A DNA stretch of 64,000 nt, from contig CAYOEM010000004.1 in NCBI GenBank assembly GCA_964402975.1, positions 8,599 through 72,598 of the forward strand. The letters run 5' to 3'. How positions within the stretch are numbered: the first letter of the stretch is position 1; each line of letters opens with the position of its first letter. This DNA comes from an uncultured Polynucleobacter sp. (GTDB taxonomy: Bacteria; Bdellovibrionota_B; Oligoflexia; Oligoflexales; RGVZ01). A program made the translations under genes and the position numbers. The notes beneath the pieces are model-generated. The model had not been told where the DNA came from, did no database searches, and was given only the letters and a program-made list of their open reading frames with translations. This document shows, piece by piece, positions 52,011-62,695 of this stretch.

Positions 52011-52948
52011 ATATGAAGCCAGACATGCGCGCTAAAAAGCCTTCGCTCGGTAAAGGGATCACGTCATTGCTTGGTGGTTTTGAGGCAGATCCGACTACGC
52101 CTGTGGCCGAGCCTCGCAAGGGCGCCGAAATAGCGTCCAAAGATACCCCGAAGTATAGCGTCGTGGAAATTCCCCAGGAGCAAATTGAAGTTAATCCACA
52201 TCAGCCCAGAAGAATTTTTAACGAAACTGAACTTAAAGCCCTGGCGGCCAGTATCAAGGTCGATGGAGTCATACAGCCGGTCACGGTCACGAGGTCTGCA
52301 ACTTCCGGCAAATATATGTTGATTGCCGGTGAGCGACGCCTACGAGCCAGTAAGATGGCAGGTTTGGACAAAATACCAGCGATCATTCGCGAGCCGATGA
52401 CTGACCAGGAACAATTGAGAGTGGCACTTATCGAGAACATTCAGCGCCAAGATCTGAATGTTGTTGAGGAGGCAGAGGCCTATCAGTCTCTGATAGACGA
52501 TTTTGGTTTAACACAAGAGCAATGTGCTGAAAAAGTAGGCAAAGAGCGCTCTACTGTCGCCAATATTCTAAGAATTCTCCTCTTACCAAAGGAAGTTCGC
52601 GATGATTTGGTGGAAAATCGTTTAACAATGGGGCACGGCCGAGCTCTTTTATCTCTCGAAGATAGAAAGTTGATCTTGAGGGCTCGAGACATCATCATCA
52701 AAAAGGGCCTAAATGTTAGGCAGGCCGAGCAGCTGATCAAAAACTACAAGTCAAATGCATCAAATCCGGGTGGCGCCTCCATAAAAGACGCGGCCGATTT
52801 AGAATATCTGGCCGAGTCGTTGCGGGCAGCCCTAAAGACCAAGGTAAAGATTTCTGGAAGCGGTGCGAAGGGCAAAATCGAGATCTCGTATTTCTCATCA
52901 TCGGAGCTCGAGCGCCTTCTCACTATGCTTGGTATGAAATTGAGCTAA
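52007..52948 (+). CDS. parB: Chromosome partitioning protein ParB/Spo0J
   Basis: 313 aa. ParB box LIAGERRLRA, ALIENIQRQDLN, and an HTH region (QEQCAEKVGKERSTVANILRIL). ATGA overlap with parA. Confidence 0.9.
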   Translation: MNMKPDMRAKKPSLGKGITSLLGGFEADPTTPVAEPRKGAEIASKDTPKYSVVEIPQEQIEVNPHQPRRIFNETELKALAASIKVDGVIQPVTVTRSATSGKYMLIAGERRLRASKMAGLDKIPAIIREPMTDQEQLRVALIENIQRQDLNVVEEAEAYQSLIDDFGLTQEQCAEKVGKERSTVANILRILLLPKEVRDDLVENRLTMGHGRALLSLEDRKLILRARDIIIKKGLNVRQAEQLIKNYKSNASNPGGASIKDAADLEYLAESLRAALKTKVKISGSGAKGKIEISYFSSSELERLLTMLGMKLS

Positions 52949-53063
52949 GAACTGCGACATCTCGCACAAAACTTAGTTGCAGCACAATAGGTTCTGAGTT
53001 ATCACATCAACCTCAAAACTAGGGGTTACTCAGTTTATTTTTGCTGTTTAGGTTGGCGCTGAT

Positions 53064-53495
53064 ATGAGTCAATTGAATCTAAAGCCGGATCCAGTGGTTC
53101 TTGGAGTTCAAGCACTAATTTTTCTTGCAAACATGTTTGTAGTTAAGAAATTGATGCTCGAGCCTTACTTGTCCTTAAGCAGTCGTCGCGAGGCTCAAAC
53201 GGGCGGTAGCCAAGACACTGCTCAAAAACTTTTACTTGAAGCTCAAAGCCTTGAGACAAAGATCACAGAACGAATGCGCGCCGCTCACAAAGATGCGGCA
53301 CAAGTTCGCGACGCAATAAAAAAAGAAGCCTCCGACAAACGCGCATCTCTTCTAGCTAAAGCCGAGTCAGAGGCGAAAGCAGAGCAGGCGAAAATCGAAT
53401 CTGCCATTTCGGACAATTTGAAAGAAGAGCGGTCTCGAAAAGAAGATACGATAAAACTTATTGGCGACCAGTTCTTTGCTCAGGTTACGCATTAA
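53064..53495 (+). CDS. F0F1 ATP synthase subunit b' (AtpX-type)
   Basis: 143 aa. One N-terminal TM helix and a long charged coiled coil. First of two b-like genes. Confidence 0.7.
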   Translation: MSQLNLKPDPVVLGVQALIFLANMFVVKKLMLEPYLSLSSRREAQTGGSQDTAQKLLLEAQSLETKITERMRAAHKDAAQVRDAIKKEASDKRASLLAKAESEAKAEQAKIESAISDNLKEERSRKEDTIKLIGDQFFAQVTH

Positions 53496-53512
53496 ATTCA
53501 ATCGGAGTTTTT

Positions 53513-54013
53513 GTGGATCATCATCTTAATTTTTTCAGCGCAGTCGGTGTGCCGTACTTTAATTTTTTTGTGTTTGTTGCCGCGTTCGTTTTCTTGTTTC
53601 GCAAACCACTTCTAGAAATGGTTGCAGCGAGGCGTCAGAATTATTTAAGCGCATCCAAAGAAGCAGCCCAGGCATTGGATGCCGCACGAAAAGCATTCGA
53701 TGAAGTTAAACAAAGATTTGATGCTTTAGACAGAGATCTTGCTGACTTCAGAAAGCAGAGCGAGTCGGCCGCCCACGATGAGGCGAGACGCATGATCGAT
53801 GAGACCGAAAGATTCACGCGACAATTAAAAGAAGAAACCGCTCGAATGGCTAAAGAGGCTGTTGAGAGAGCCCGCGTTGAGCTTCGCCATGAGATCGTTG
53901 AAGCAGCAAAGGGGCTCGCAGCCACACGTATTTCAAAAGAATTAGATGCCGCGGCGAAAGAGAAAATTTTGAAGTCAAAAATAGCTTCAGCTGCAGCCAT
54001 GAGCATGCAGTAA
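53513..54013 (+). CDS. atpF: F0F1 ATP synthase subunit b
   Basis: 166 aa, GTG start. One TM helix and a charged helical stalk. Located directly upstream of atpH. Confidence 0.75.
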   Translation: MDHHLNFFSAVGVPYFNFFVFVAAFVFLFRKPLLEMVAARRQNYLSASKEAAQALDAARKAFDEVKQRFDALDRDLADFRKQSESAAHDEARRMIDETERFTRQLKEETARMAKEAVERARVELRHEIVEAAKGLAATRISKELDAAAKEKILKSKIASAAAMSMQ

Positions 54014-54043
54014 TTATTAAATCCAACGGAGCACACAGTAGAC

Positions 54044-54583
54044 ATGAGTTCTAACTTAATTGCCAATCGATATGCAAAGGCCCTGATGAAGCTCACTGAG
54101 GGCCAAGCTGCTTTGTCGGAAAAGGCGCTGGGCTTTCTGCAGGCCTGTAACGACCTCTTCTCGATGCCAGAAGCTAAGACGGTTTTGAAAAGCCCAGTTA
54201 TGCCGGCGGACCTTAAAAAGGCAGTTCTAAATCTCGTTGCTCAGAAGACGGATTGCGCAAAGGACTTCGGAGGATTCGCTGACCAGGTGGTTGACTCAGG
54301 AAGAACGGCGCACTTGCCCGAGATTTTTAAAGCATACAAACACATGCTTGATGAGAAGCGCGGCGTTGCGGAGGCCACCGTTGTCACTGCCGACCCTATT
54401 TCTGACGCCGTCAAAAAAGAACTGACTGGCGCCTTGGAGAAAATATTCCAAAAGAAAATCACAGTGCAAAGTGAGATCGACAAAGATGTTTTGGGTGGCG
54501 CAGTCGTGCACGTTGGCAACTACACCATAGATCTCAGTTTGAAGAACCGTTTGAATTCCGTTGCCGAATTCGCGCAGCGCTAA
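54044..54583 (+). CDS. atpH: F0F1 ATP synthase subunit delta (OSCP)
   Basis: 179 aa. ANRYAKAL N-terminus and C-terminal VLGGAVVHVGNYTIDLSLKNRL. Confidence 0.85.
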   Translation: MSSNLIANRYAKALMKLTEGQAALSEKALGFLQACNDLFSMPEAKTVLKSPVMPADLKKAVLNLVAQKTDCAKDFGGFADQVVDSGRTAHLPEIFKAYKHMLDEKRGVAEATVVTADPISDAVKKELTGALEKIFQKKITVQSEIDKDVLGGAVVHVGNYTIDLSLKNRLNSVAEFAQR

Positions 54584-54604
54584 TGAAAGGATAGTTGAAG
54601 AATT

Positions 54605-56119
54605 ATGGACAAGATCAGAGTTGAGGAAGTCAGCAAGATCATCAGTGAGCGAATCAAGGGCTTTGGCCAAAAGGCGGAGCTTGTTGAGACGGGAACCGTG
54701 CTCACCGTGGGCGACGGCATCGCGCGAGTTTATGGCCTTGAGGGCGTAAAAGCAGGCGAACTCGTAGAGTTTCAAAACGGTGTGCGAGGCGTTGTTCTAA
54801 ACCTTGAAGAAGACAATGTCGGCGTTGCCGTTCTGGGTAAAACTGACGAGATTCAAGAAGGCCATAGCGTTAAGCGTCTAAACGAAATCAACTCTATCCC
54901 CGTTGGCCGAGGCCTACTTGGACGCGTTGTTGATGCTTTGGGTAATCCGATTGACGGGCAAGGACCTCTTAAGTCGGATGAACGCGGCAAAGTCGAAGTG
55001 AAGGCGCCAGGCATCATTGCTCGTAAGTCTGTACATGAGCCACTTCAAACAGGGATCAAGGCTATCGATGCCATGGTTCCAATCGGTCGCGGTCAGCGCG
55101 AACTTATCATTGGTGATCGGCAAACTGGAAAAACGGCAGTGGCCATCGACACCATCATTAACCAAAAAGGTAAAGGCGTCGTTTGCGTTTACGTGGCCAT
55201 TGGCCAAAAGGCTTCGACAGTGGCCCAAGTCGTTGACAAGCTAAAAAAAGCTGGCGCCATGGACTACACAATTGTAGTTGCTGCGACAGCGCTTGATCCA
55301 GCTCCTATGCAGTTCCTTGCGCCGTACTCAGGCTGTCGACTTGCGGAGTATTTTAGAGATAAAGGTGAGCACGCTGTTATTTTCTACGACGACCTTTCAA
55401 AACAGGCGGCAGCATATCGTGAATTGTCGCTACTTCTTCGTAGGCCCCCAGGCCGCGAAGCTTACCCTGGCGACGTTTTCTATCTTCACAGCCGGCTTCT
55501 TGAGCGGTCCTGCAAGCTAAATGACGAATTGGGCGGCGGGTCGATCACGGCGTTTCCGATCATTGAAACTCAAGCCGGCGACATCTCCGCATACATTCCT
55601 ACAAACGTTATTTCGATTACCGATGGCCAGATATTTCTCGAAGCCGACTTGTTCTTCTCGGGCATTCGTCCAGCTATCAACGCAGGACTTTCAGTTAGCC
55701 GGGTGGGTGGTTCGGCTCAGGTTCCAGCCATGAAATCGGTTGCGGGTAACTTGCGACTCGAGCTTGCACAGTATCGTGAGCTGGCCGCATTCGCTCAGTT
55801 CGGGTCCGACTTGGACGCCGCTACGCAAAGAGCTCTAAACCGCGGCGCGCGCTTGGTTGAGATTTTAAAACAGGGACAATACGTGCCGATGCATGTTGGA
55901 TTGCAGGTCGCAATCATGTACGCGGCAACGAAGGGTTATCTCGATACGGTCGAAGTATCTCAAGTTCTGGCCTTTGAGAAGGGCCTGGCCGATCACCTCA
56001 ACGCGAAATATTCGCCGCTTCTCGCCAAGATCGAGCAACGCGCAAAATTAGCTGATATTGAAGCAGATCTCAAAAAAGCTATTGAAGAATTCGCGAAAGG
56101 GTTCAAGCCAAATGCCTAA
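54605..56119 (+). CDS. atpA: F0F1 ATP synthase subunit alpha
   Basis: 504 aa. GDRQTGKT P-loop, and high similarity throughout to alpha subunits. Confidence 0.97.
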   Translation: MDKIRVEEVSKIISERIKGFGQKAELVETGTVLTVGDGIARVYGLEGVKAGELVEFQNGVRGVVLNLEEDNVGVAVLGKTDEIQEGHSVKRLNEINSIPVGRGLLGRVVDALGNPIDGQGPLKSDERGKVEVKAPGIIARKSVHEPLQTGIKAIDAMVPIGRGQRELIIGDRQTGKTAVAIDTIINQKGKGVVCVYVAIGQKASTVAQVVDKLKKAGAMDYTIVVAATALDPAPMQFLAPYSGCRLAEYFRDKGEHAVIFYDDLSKQAAAYRELSLLLRRPPGREAYPGDVFYLHSRLLERSCKLNDELGGGSITAFPIIETQAGDISAYIPTNVISITDGQIFLEADLFFSGIRPAINAGLSVSRVGGSAQVPAMKSVAGNLRLELAQYRELAAFAQFGSDLDAATQRALNRGARLVEILKQGQYVPMHVGLQVAIMYAATKGYLDTVEVSQVLAFEKGLADHLNAKYSPLLAKIEQRAKLADIEADLKKAIEEFAKGFKPNA

Positions 56120-56978
56120 CTTAAAGGACATTAAGCGTCGTATTGTCAGCGTGAAAAACACGCAGAAAATTACGCACGCTATGAAGCTTGTCTCAGCCGC
56201 AAAATTTGCGAGAGCAAACCATGCGGTGCTGGCGGCTCGTCCATATGGAGACGGCTTTGCGGAAATGGTAAACAAAGTCGTGTTGGCCGCTGGCGATATT
56301 GTGACCCCTCTGACGGAAGTTCGGACATCAAATAAGCGAGAGTTGTTAGTTCTTGTTTCGACTGACCGTGGACTTTGCGGGAGTTTAAACTCCGCTCTTT
56401 TCAAGGTGGCAACTCGTTTCGTTAAAGAGAAGGCCGATGCTGGCGTCACGCTTGATACGATGGCTTGGGGTCGGCGGGCATCCATGTTCTGCAAGAAGCT
56501 TAAGTGGAACATGCTTGCCGACAAAGAAAAGGTCACGGAGCGTCCCAAGTATGAAATGGCAGCGTCATTGGCCGAGGAGCTTGTAGGTAAATTTGGCGAA
56601 GGAACTTATGACGCAGTTCATGTGGCGTTTGTTGAGTTTAAAAGCGCTCTAAGCCAAGTACCCGTTATCAAGCAGCTGCTTCCGGTGATTCCTGTGAAGG
56701 CAGCGGAAAAGACAGACACTAGCACGCACATCATCATGGAGCCTGTGGCCGCCAAATTAATTGGTCCAGTACTAGAAAGGCTTGTAGTTGCCCAAACCTT
56801 CAGGATTTTACTAGAGGCGGCAGCTAGTGAGCACGGCGCACGCATGACATCAATGGACTCTGCTACTAAAAACGCTAAAGAAGTTATTCGCAAGCTGACA
56901 TTGCAGTACAACCGCGGACGTCAAGCAGCGATTACTAAAGAGCTTATTGAGATTACGAGTGGTGCCGACGCCCTGTAA
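56112..56978 (+). CDS. atpG: F0F1 ATP synthase subunit gamma
   Basis: 288 aa from ATG 56112 ([31 protein letters not shown]). C-terminal [15 protein letters not shown]. 8-nt overlap with atpA. The 18 upstream codons of the tracked ORF lie inside atpA and are unlikely to be used. Confidence 0.9.
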   Translation: MPNLKDIKRRIVSVKNTQKITHAMKLVSAAKFARANHAVLAARPYGDGFAEMVNKVVLAAGDIVTPLTEVRTSNKRELLVLVSTDRGLCGSLNSALFKVATRFVKEKADAGVTLDTMAWGRRASMFCKKLKWNMLADKEKVTERPKYEMAASLAEELVGKFGEGTYDAVHVAFVEFKSALSQVPVIKQLLPVIPVKAAEKTDTSTHIIMEPVAAKLIGPVLERLVVAQTFRILLEAAASEHGARMTSMDSATKNAKEVIRKLTLQYNRGRQAAITKELIEITSGADAL

Positions 56979-57000
56979 GTTGAGGGGCCGAGATTTTTAG

Positions 57001-58458
<1,458 letters not shown>

Positions 58459-58482
58459 TCGCACCTACAGTGGAGTGACCGC

Positions 58483-58914
58483 ATGTCGGATAAACAGCTA
58501 CAAGTTAAAATTCTCTCCCCTGACCGGATTTTGTTTCGGGGCGCAGCTAACTCATTGGGGCTGCCGGGCGAGCTTGGCTATATGACCTTATTGCCAGGAC
58601 ACGCAGCAATGGTTGCATCTCTCGATATTGGCGCGCTTGATTTATCTAAAGACGGCGGCGCTTCAGAAAAGCTTTTTATTGCCGGCGGGTTTGTTGATGT
58701 CTCTTCGGAAGGAGTGACGGTCCTCGCAGACGTCGTTGAGAAGTCCAGCGAAATAAATGTTGAGCGCGCCAAAAAAGCATTATCTCGAGCGGAAGACCGG
58801 CTGACTCCGAAATCTGCGTCAGATCACACGCTTGATTTGCCGAGAGCATTAGCCGCCAAGAAAAGGGCTCAAGCTCGTCTCGAGCTTGCAGGCGCCTCTA
58901 AGCAAGGGCACTAG
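58483..58914 (+). CDS. atpC: F0F1 ATP synthase subunit epsilon
   Basis: 143 aa. N-terminal beta-sandwich (LQVKILSPDRILF...GHAAM) and a C-terminal helical hairpin. Confidence 0.9.
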   Translation: MSDKQLQVKILSPDRILFRGAANSLGLPGELGYMTLLPGHAAMVASLDIGALDLSKDGGASEKLFIAGGFVDVSSEGVTVLADVVEKSSEINVERAKKALSRAEDRLTPKSASDHTLDLPRALAAKKRAQARLELAGASKQGH

Positions 58915-58956
58915 GTCGACCCGTAGTTATGTAAAAAGGCAGCGGAGTACAAGGAC

Positions 58957-60096
58957 ATGAACCTCGCAGGCCCTCATGCTAGTTCCTTTGACCGGCCGAT
59001 CGTATGGGATGGGCTGGGCTTGTCCTCGCCGTTCTCAGGCATAGGCCATTATGGTTCGAATCTTTACAGGGCTTGCCTTGGCTTTGAAAGGACCCCGCAC
59101 GTCACATCTCTAGTCAATGACGTCCCGCGGTTTGTTGATGAACGACAGTTGGTACTGATCGACCCACTTCATGCCGCACCTTTTGGCGGCCGAAGTTTTT
59201 TTGCCAAATTGGGAAGACTAAAGCCTATCTTTTCGAGTCTGTCCTATACTGAGACAAAAAGGCGATTTTCCGCCGCGGTCTATCATGGGCTAAGTAATAT
59301 CAATCTTCCATGTTTTGTAAAGCCGCGTTCGGAAGACAGATTTGTCATCACAATACACGACATTATTCCGCTCTTAAAAAACGATCTCTCGTCGCTCTCC
59401 ATTCAGACTCGGATACTCTTGCCGCGCGTCATGGGCTTGGCGCATGCGATTATTGTCCCGTCGCATTGGACTCGGAGAACCTTACTTGATTTTTTCGGTC
59501 ATACTCATGAGTCTAAAATTCACATCATACCAAATGGCACGATTGCTCCGCCCAGTTCGCAGGCCGAGAGCTTAGCCTCACCGAACGACACGACTTTCGA
59601 TGTACTCTCAGTTGCACGAGGTGAGGCCTATAAAAGACTGGATCTAGTGCTTGCGATCGCACGGGCACTTCCCCATTTGAGCTTTCATATTGTAACCGAT
59701 CGAGCCGGTCAGGCTCGACTGGCTGGCGCTCCTGATAATGTGCAAATATTTTCCGAAATGACTCAAGCCTCACTAACTCAAATGTATCAGAAATCAAAAG
59801 TTTTCCTTCATACCTCCCTCTTTGAGGGATGGTGTTTACCAGCTGCCGATGCCGTCATGGCCCGACGCTTGGTTGTGTATGTAAAGGGCACAGGAATTGA
59901 TGATGTTTGTGCATTTGCTCCGGATCGCTGTCTTGCCCTGGAACCGGAGGCTTCTTTGAAGGTTTGGGCTGAGGCGGTCAGTTCAAGTGTCGCGCAGTTT
60001 CAGGAATCACTAGCCTCGGACCACAAGGCCATCGAGTTACCGACTTGGCAAAGTTGTGCTGAAAAAACTCTTAAAATTTACGATTCACTGTTATAA
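58957..60096 (+). CDS. Glycosyltransferase, GT-B fold (GT1/GT4 family)
   Basis: 379 aa. C-terminal FLHTSLFEGWCLPAADAVMARRLVV (E-x7-type sugar-donor motif region). Confidence 0.7.
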   Translation: MNLAGPHASSFDRPIVWDGLGLSSPFSGIGHYGSNLYRACLGFERTPHVTSLVNDVPRFVDERQLVLIDPLHAAPFGGRSFFAKLGRLKPIFSSLSYTETKRRFSAAVYHGLSNINLPCFVKPRSEDRFVITIHDIIPLLKNDLSSLSIQTRILLPRVMGLAHAIIVPSHWTRRTLLDFFGHTHESKIHIIPNGTIAPPSSQAESLASPNDTTFDVLSVARGEAYKRLDLVLAIARALPHLSFHIVTDRAGQARLAGAPDNVQIFSEMTQASLTQMYQKSKVFLHTSLFEGWCLPAADAVMARRLVVYVKGTGIDDVCAFAPDRCLALEPEASLKVWAEAVSSSVAQFQESLASDHKAIELPTWQSCAEKTLKIYDSLL

Positions 60097-60154
60097 TGGC
60101 ACTTGTCCAAAAATCGATTCCACGTCGCAGCACATTGATTTTCTTGGAGGTAGC

Positions 60155-61105
60155 ATGTCATTAGCTCAAGCAACAAGGCGAGCCGCACTCATCACAGGAG
60201 CCGCAGGGAGTGTTGGCAGCCGAGTTATGGAGCACCTTGCGCAGCAACACAAAGCCCTAATTGGGCTCTACCGGAACAAACTGCCAGCAAGCCATAAAAA
60301 CGTCTTGCCACTTTGCTGCGATCTTTTAGCGCCGGAGTCCCTGCTGGCACCCTTGAAGTCCACAGACACAGTGATCCATCTTGCCTGGCATGGCGGCGTG
60401 CTGGGTTCCACGCAGAGGTCTGAAATATCGGACGCAGAGCTTGCTCAGTCACCTAATGTTATTATGACGCAAAATATTGTGCGAGCTATGGAACGAACCA
60501 ATGCTCGTAAGATCATACTGTTGAGTTGGGTCGGTGTTGATCGAAAAGCCAAAAGCCCCATGCTTCGTGAAAAGTACTGGGCTGAGAACGTGGTCATTAA
60601 TTCATCGATTCCAGAAAAAATAATTATCCGCGCCGGCGTCATCAGCGGTTGTGGTTACGATGCGGATTTTTTTAGAGCAGCAGGTTCACTCACAAAGTGG
60701 CCGCTACTGTTGCCGTTACCTCGCCAAGCTAACGGCCTAGTACTGACCACAATGACTGATATTATTTGGGCAATTGATGAGGCATTAAAGGTTGTCACTA
60801 ATAAAGAGCAGTATTGTCGAATCGTCGATCTTACGTCGACGGCCCCGTCATCAGGCGCAGAGCTACTACGCGCGATTGATACAAAAATCAGAGGCCGTAG
60901 TCGTCTAACCATGGGTGGCTACTTTGGAGACGTTTTATTTCGCTGGGCAGAAAAAAAGTTTGGCACGGCGAAAATTGATGAACCGAAGCTTACAGATTTT
61001 TTCGCCGCCACAACACTTGCGGCCAAAAGTCCTGCTGAGGGGTTGCCGCCGACCAGTACTGGCCTGCAAATCGGACACAAAGTCGATTTGAATGCAGCAT
61101 TATAA
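60155..61105 (+). CDS. NAD(P)-binding Rossmann protein (extended/atypical SDR, epimerase/dehydratase-like)
   Basis: 316 aa from ATG 60155, with GGAGG 5 nt upstream. ALITGAAGSVGSRV is a GxxGxxG motif. I could not find a clear YxxxK. Confidence 0.6.
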   Translation: MSLAQATRRAALITGAAGSVGSRVMEHLAQQHKALIGLYRNKLPASHKNVLPLCCDLLAPESLLAPLKSTDTVIHLAWHGGVLGSTQRSEISDAELAQSPNVIMTQNIVRAMERTNARKIILLSWVGVDRKAKSPMLREKYWAENVVINSSIPEKIIIRAGVISGCGYDADFFRAAGSLTKWPLLLPLPRQANGLVLTTMTDIIWAIDEALKVVTNKEQYCRIVDLTSTAPSSGAELLRAIDTKIRGRSRLTMGGYFGDVLFRWAEKKFGTAKIDEPKLTDFFAATTLAAKSPAEGLPPTSTGLQIGHKVDLNAAL

Positions 61106-62666
61106 ACAACAGATCTTGTTTAAAAGATTTTTTCGAAACGCAAAGCCTCATTTAGTTTATTTAGCTTTCGTGGGTTTGATCGGCGCTTTTTTTTCAATCG
61201 GCTATCTATACCCAGATGAGCACTTCCAGATCATAGAATTTGCAAACGCATTTATTGGTAGGCAACCATTTGATCAGCTGGCTTGGGAGTATGGAAGCCG
61301 CATTCGTCCATGGTTTCAGCCATTTTTGGCCGCGATTCCATTAAAGCTGGGGTTCTTTTTTTCTGACAGCCCATTCGTAGCGATTAAATTTGTGAAAGCC
61401 ACTTTCGCATTATTTGTTGTCGGCGCCACGAGTTACTTTCTTGATTTTGGCGCGTACGAAATTGACGGCCTTAATCAAAAGGAAAGGCAGTTAGGCGGAA
61501 TTTTCACTGCGACATCCGTGCTCCTTGCGCAAATGGTTGCCAGCACGAGTTCTGAGATTTTTGCTGCGGGGTGGCTCATGCTGCTTTTGGGTTATCTGGC
61601 AAGAAATTTTGGCTCCGCAAAGACCGAAAAAAAAGCGCAGCATTTCTGGGTTGGTATATTAAGTGGAGCTATGTTTTTCTCGCGATTTCAGATGGGTTTT
61701 GTATATGCCGCCTTGGGACTTTGGTTGCTCATCGTAAGGCGCTCATCTCTCAGGCATTTGACTGTAAACCTTGTAGGGTTTTTCGTGGCTGCAGTGACGT
61801 TTGTTTTGCTTGATTCCATCATTTATGGTGACTTTGTAGTCACGCCCGCAAATTATTTCCGCGCAAATATTATTGAAGGTGTCGCAAGTCGATTCGGAAC
61901 GTCGCCTTGGTACGCCTATTTTTTCGAATTTGGAACCTCGGGGCGATTGGTGGGCGGGATTTTGTCATTTGCAGCACTCACGACGATGTTATTTATTCGT
62001 CCTAAAAGTCTGCTAACGTGGGTTTTTTGGTTTTTTCTGTGTGGTCATGCGGCTGTTGCGCATAAGGAAGAGCGATTTTTATTTCCAGTCTTGATCATAA
62101 CTCCCGTTTGCTGGCCGCTGCTATTTGGCTTGATGTCGAGAGTGATCAGAGGAAGGGATGCTTCACTATCAGGTTGGCCGATTCGTGCGCTGATAACAAT
62201 AAGCTGTTTAGTTGGAGCGATTACCGCGGCTAGGCCCCGCGGGCAAAAATACGGAGTCCTTGAATACCTTGATTCGATTGGACGTTCGCAAGAGCATCCC
62301 GCTTGTCTTGATTGGGATGTGAAAGCCCAGTCAAAGCCGGGCGAGGGCGGGCCATTCGTCCCATCGTTTTACGAATCACCTAATGTGCAGGTAATGTTTC
62401 CGCAGGACCTAGATCAAACAAAGAAAACAACCGGCAGCTGCGCCAATAGCCAAGACCGCCAGGTCTGGTACACAGCTCGAAAGACGTCGCCGGAAGTATA
62501 TTTTTCAAGCCTTACGATCACGGAGACTTCACGAGTTTGCCGCACGAACAATAATATTGATTTGTTCATAGCAGAGCTAATATCCTCGGACACAGTTCAG
62601 AGACTCATAAGTAAATCTGGGGTTAGTGGAGAGCAATTATATCTCTGGACGTGTCGTCGAATATAA
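61092..62666 (+). CDS. Polytopic GT-C glycosyltransferase resembling family GT22 (Alg9/PIG-B/PIG-Z-like mannosyltransferases)
   Basis: 524 aa, more than 10 hydrophobic helices. The first loop carries YPDEHFQIIEFA...AWEYGSRIRPWFQP, which matches my memory of the GT22 signature (xPDE[HY][FW]Q..E ... [TA]WE[YW]...[IL]R[SP]). 14-nt overlap with the SDR gene. Confidence 0.6.
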   Translation: MQHYKQQILFKRFFRNAKPHLVYLAFVGLIGAFFSIGYLYPDEHFQIIEFANAFIGRQPFDQLAWEYGSRIRPWFQPFLAAIPLKLGFFFSDSPFVAIKFVKATFALFVVGATSYFLDFGAYEIDGLNQKERQLGGIFTATSVLLAQMVASTSSEIFAAGWLMLLLGYLARNFGSAKTEKKAQHFWVGILSGAMFFSRFQMGFVYAALGLWLLIVRRSSLRHLTVNLVGFFVAAVTFVLLDSIIYGDFVVTPANYFRANIIEGVASRFGTSPWYAYFFEFGTSGRLVGGILSFAALTTMLFIRPKSLLTWVFWFFLCGHAAVAHKEERFLFPVLIITPVCWPLLFGLMSRVIRGRDASLSGWPIRALITISCLVGAITAARPRGQKYGVLEYLDSIGRSQEHPACLDWDVKAQSKPGEGGPFVPSFYESPNVQVMFPQDLDQTKKTTGSCANSQDRQVWYTARKTSPEVYFSSLTITETSRVCRTNNNIDLFIAELISSDTVQRLISKSGVSGEQLYLWTCRRI

Positions 62667-62695
62667 ATAAAAAGCGCGCCCTAAGGTCTCGATAA

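Noticed and set aside
53641-56548. Three long antisense ORFs inside the atp genes (53641-54096, 54296-54775, 56048-56548)
   Set aside because: Each is opposite a confidently identified atp gene. The Ala/Ser/Leu-rich translations mirror the codon bias of the sense strand. None has an independent start signal.
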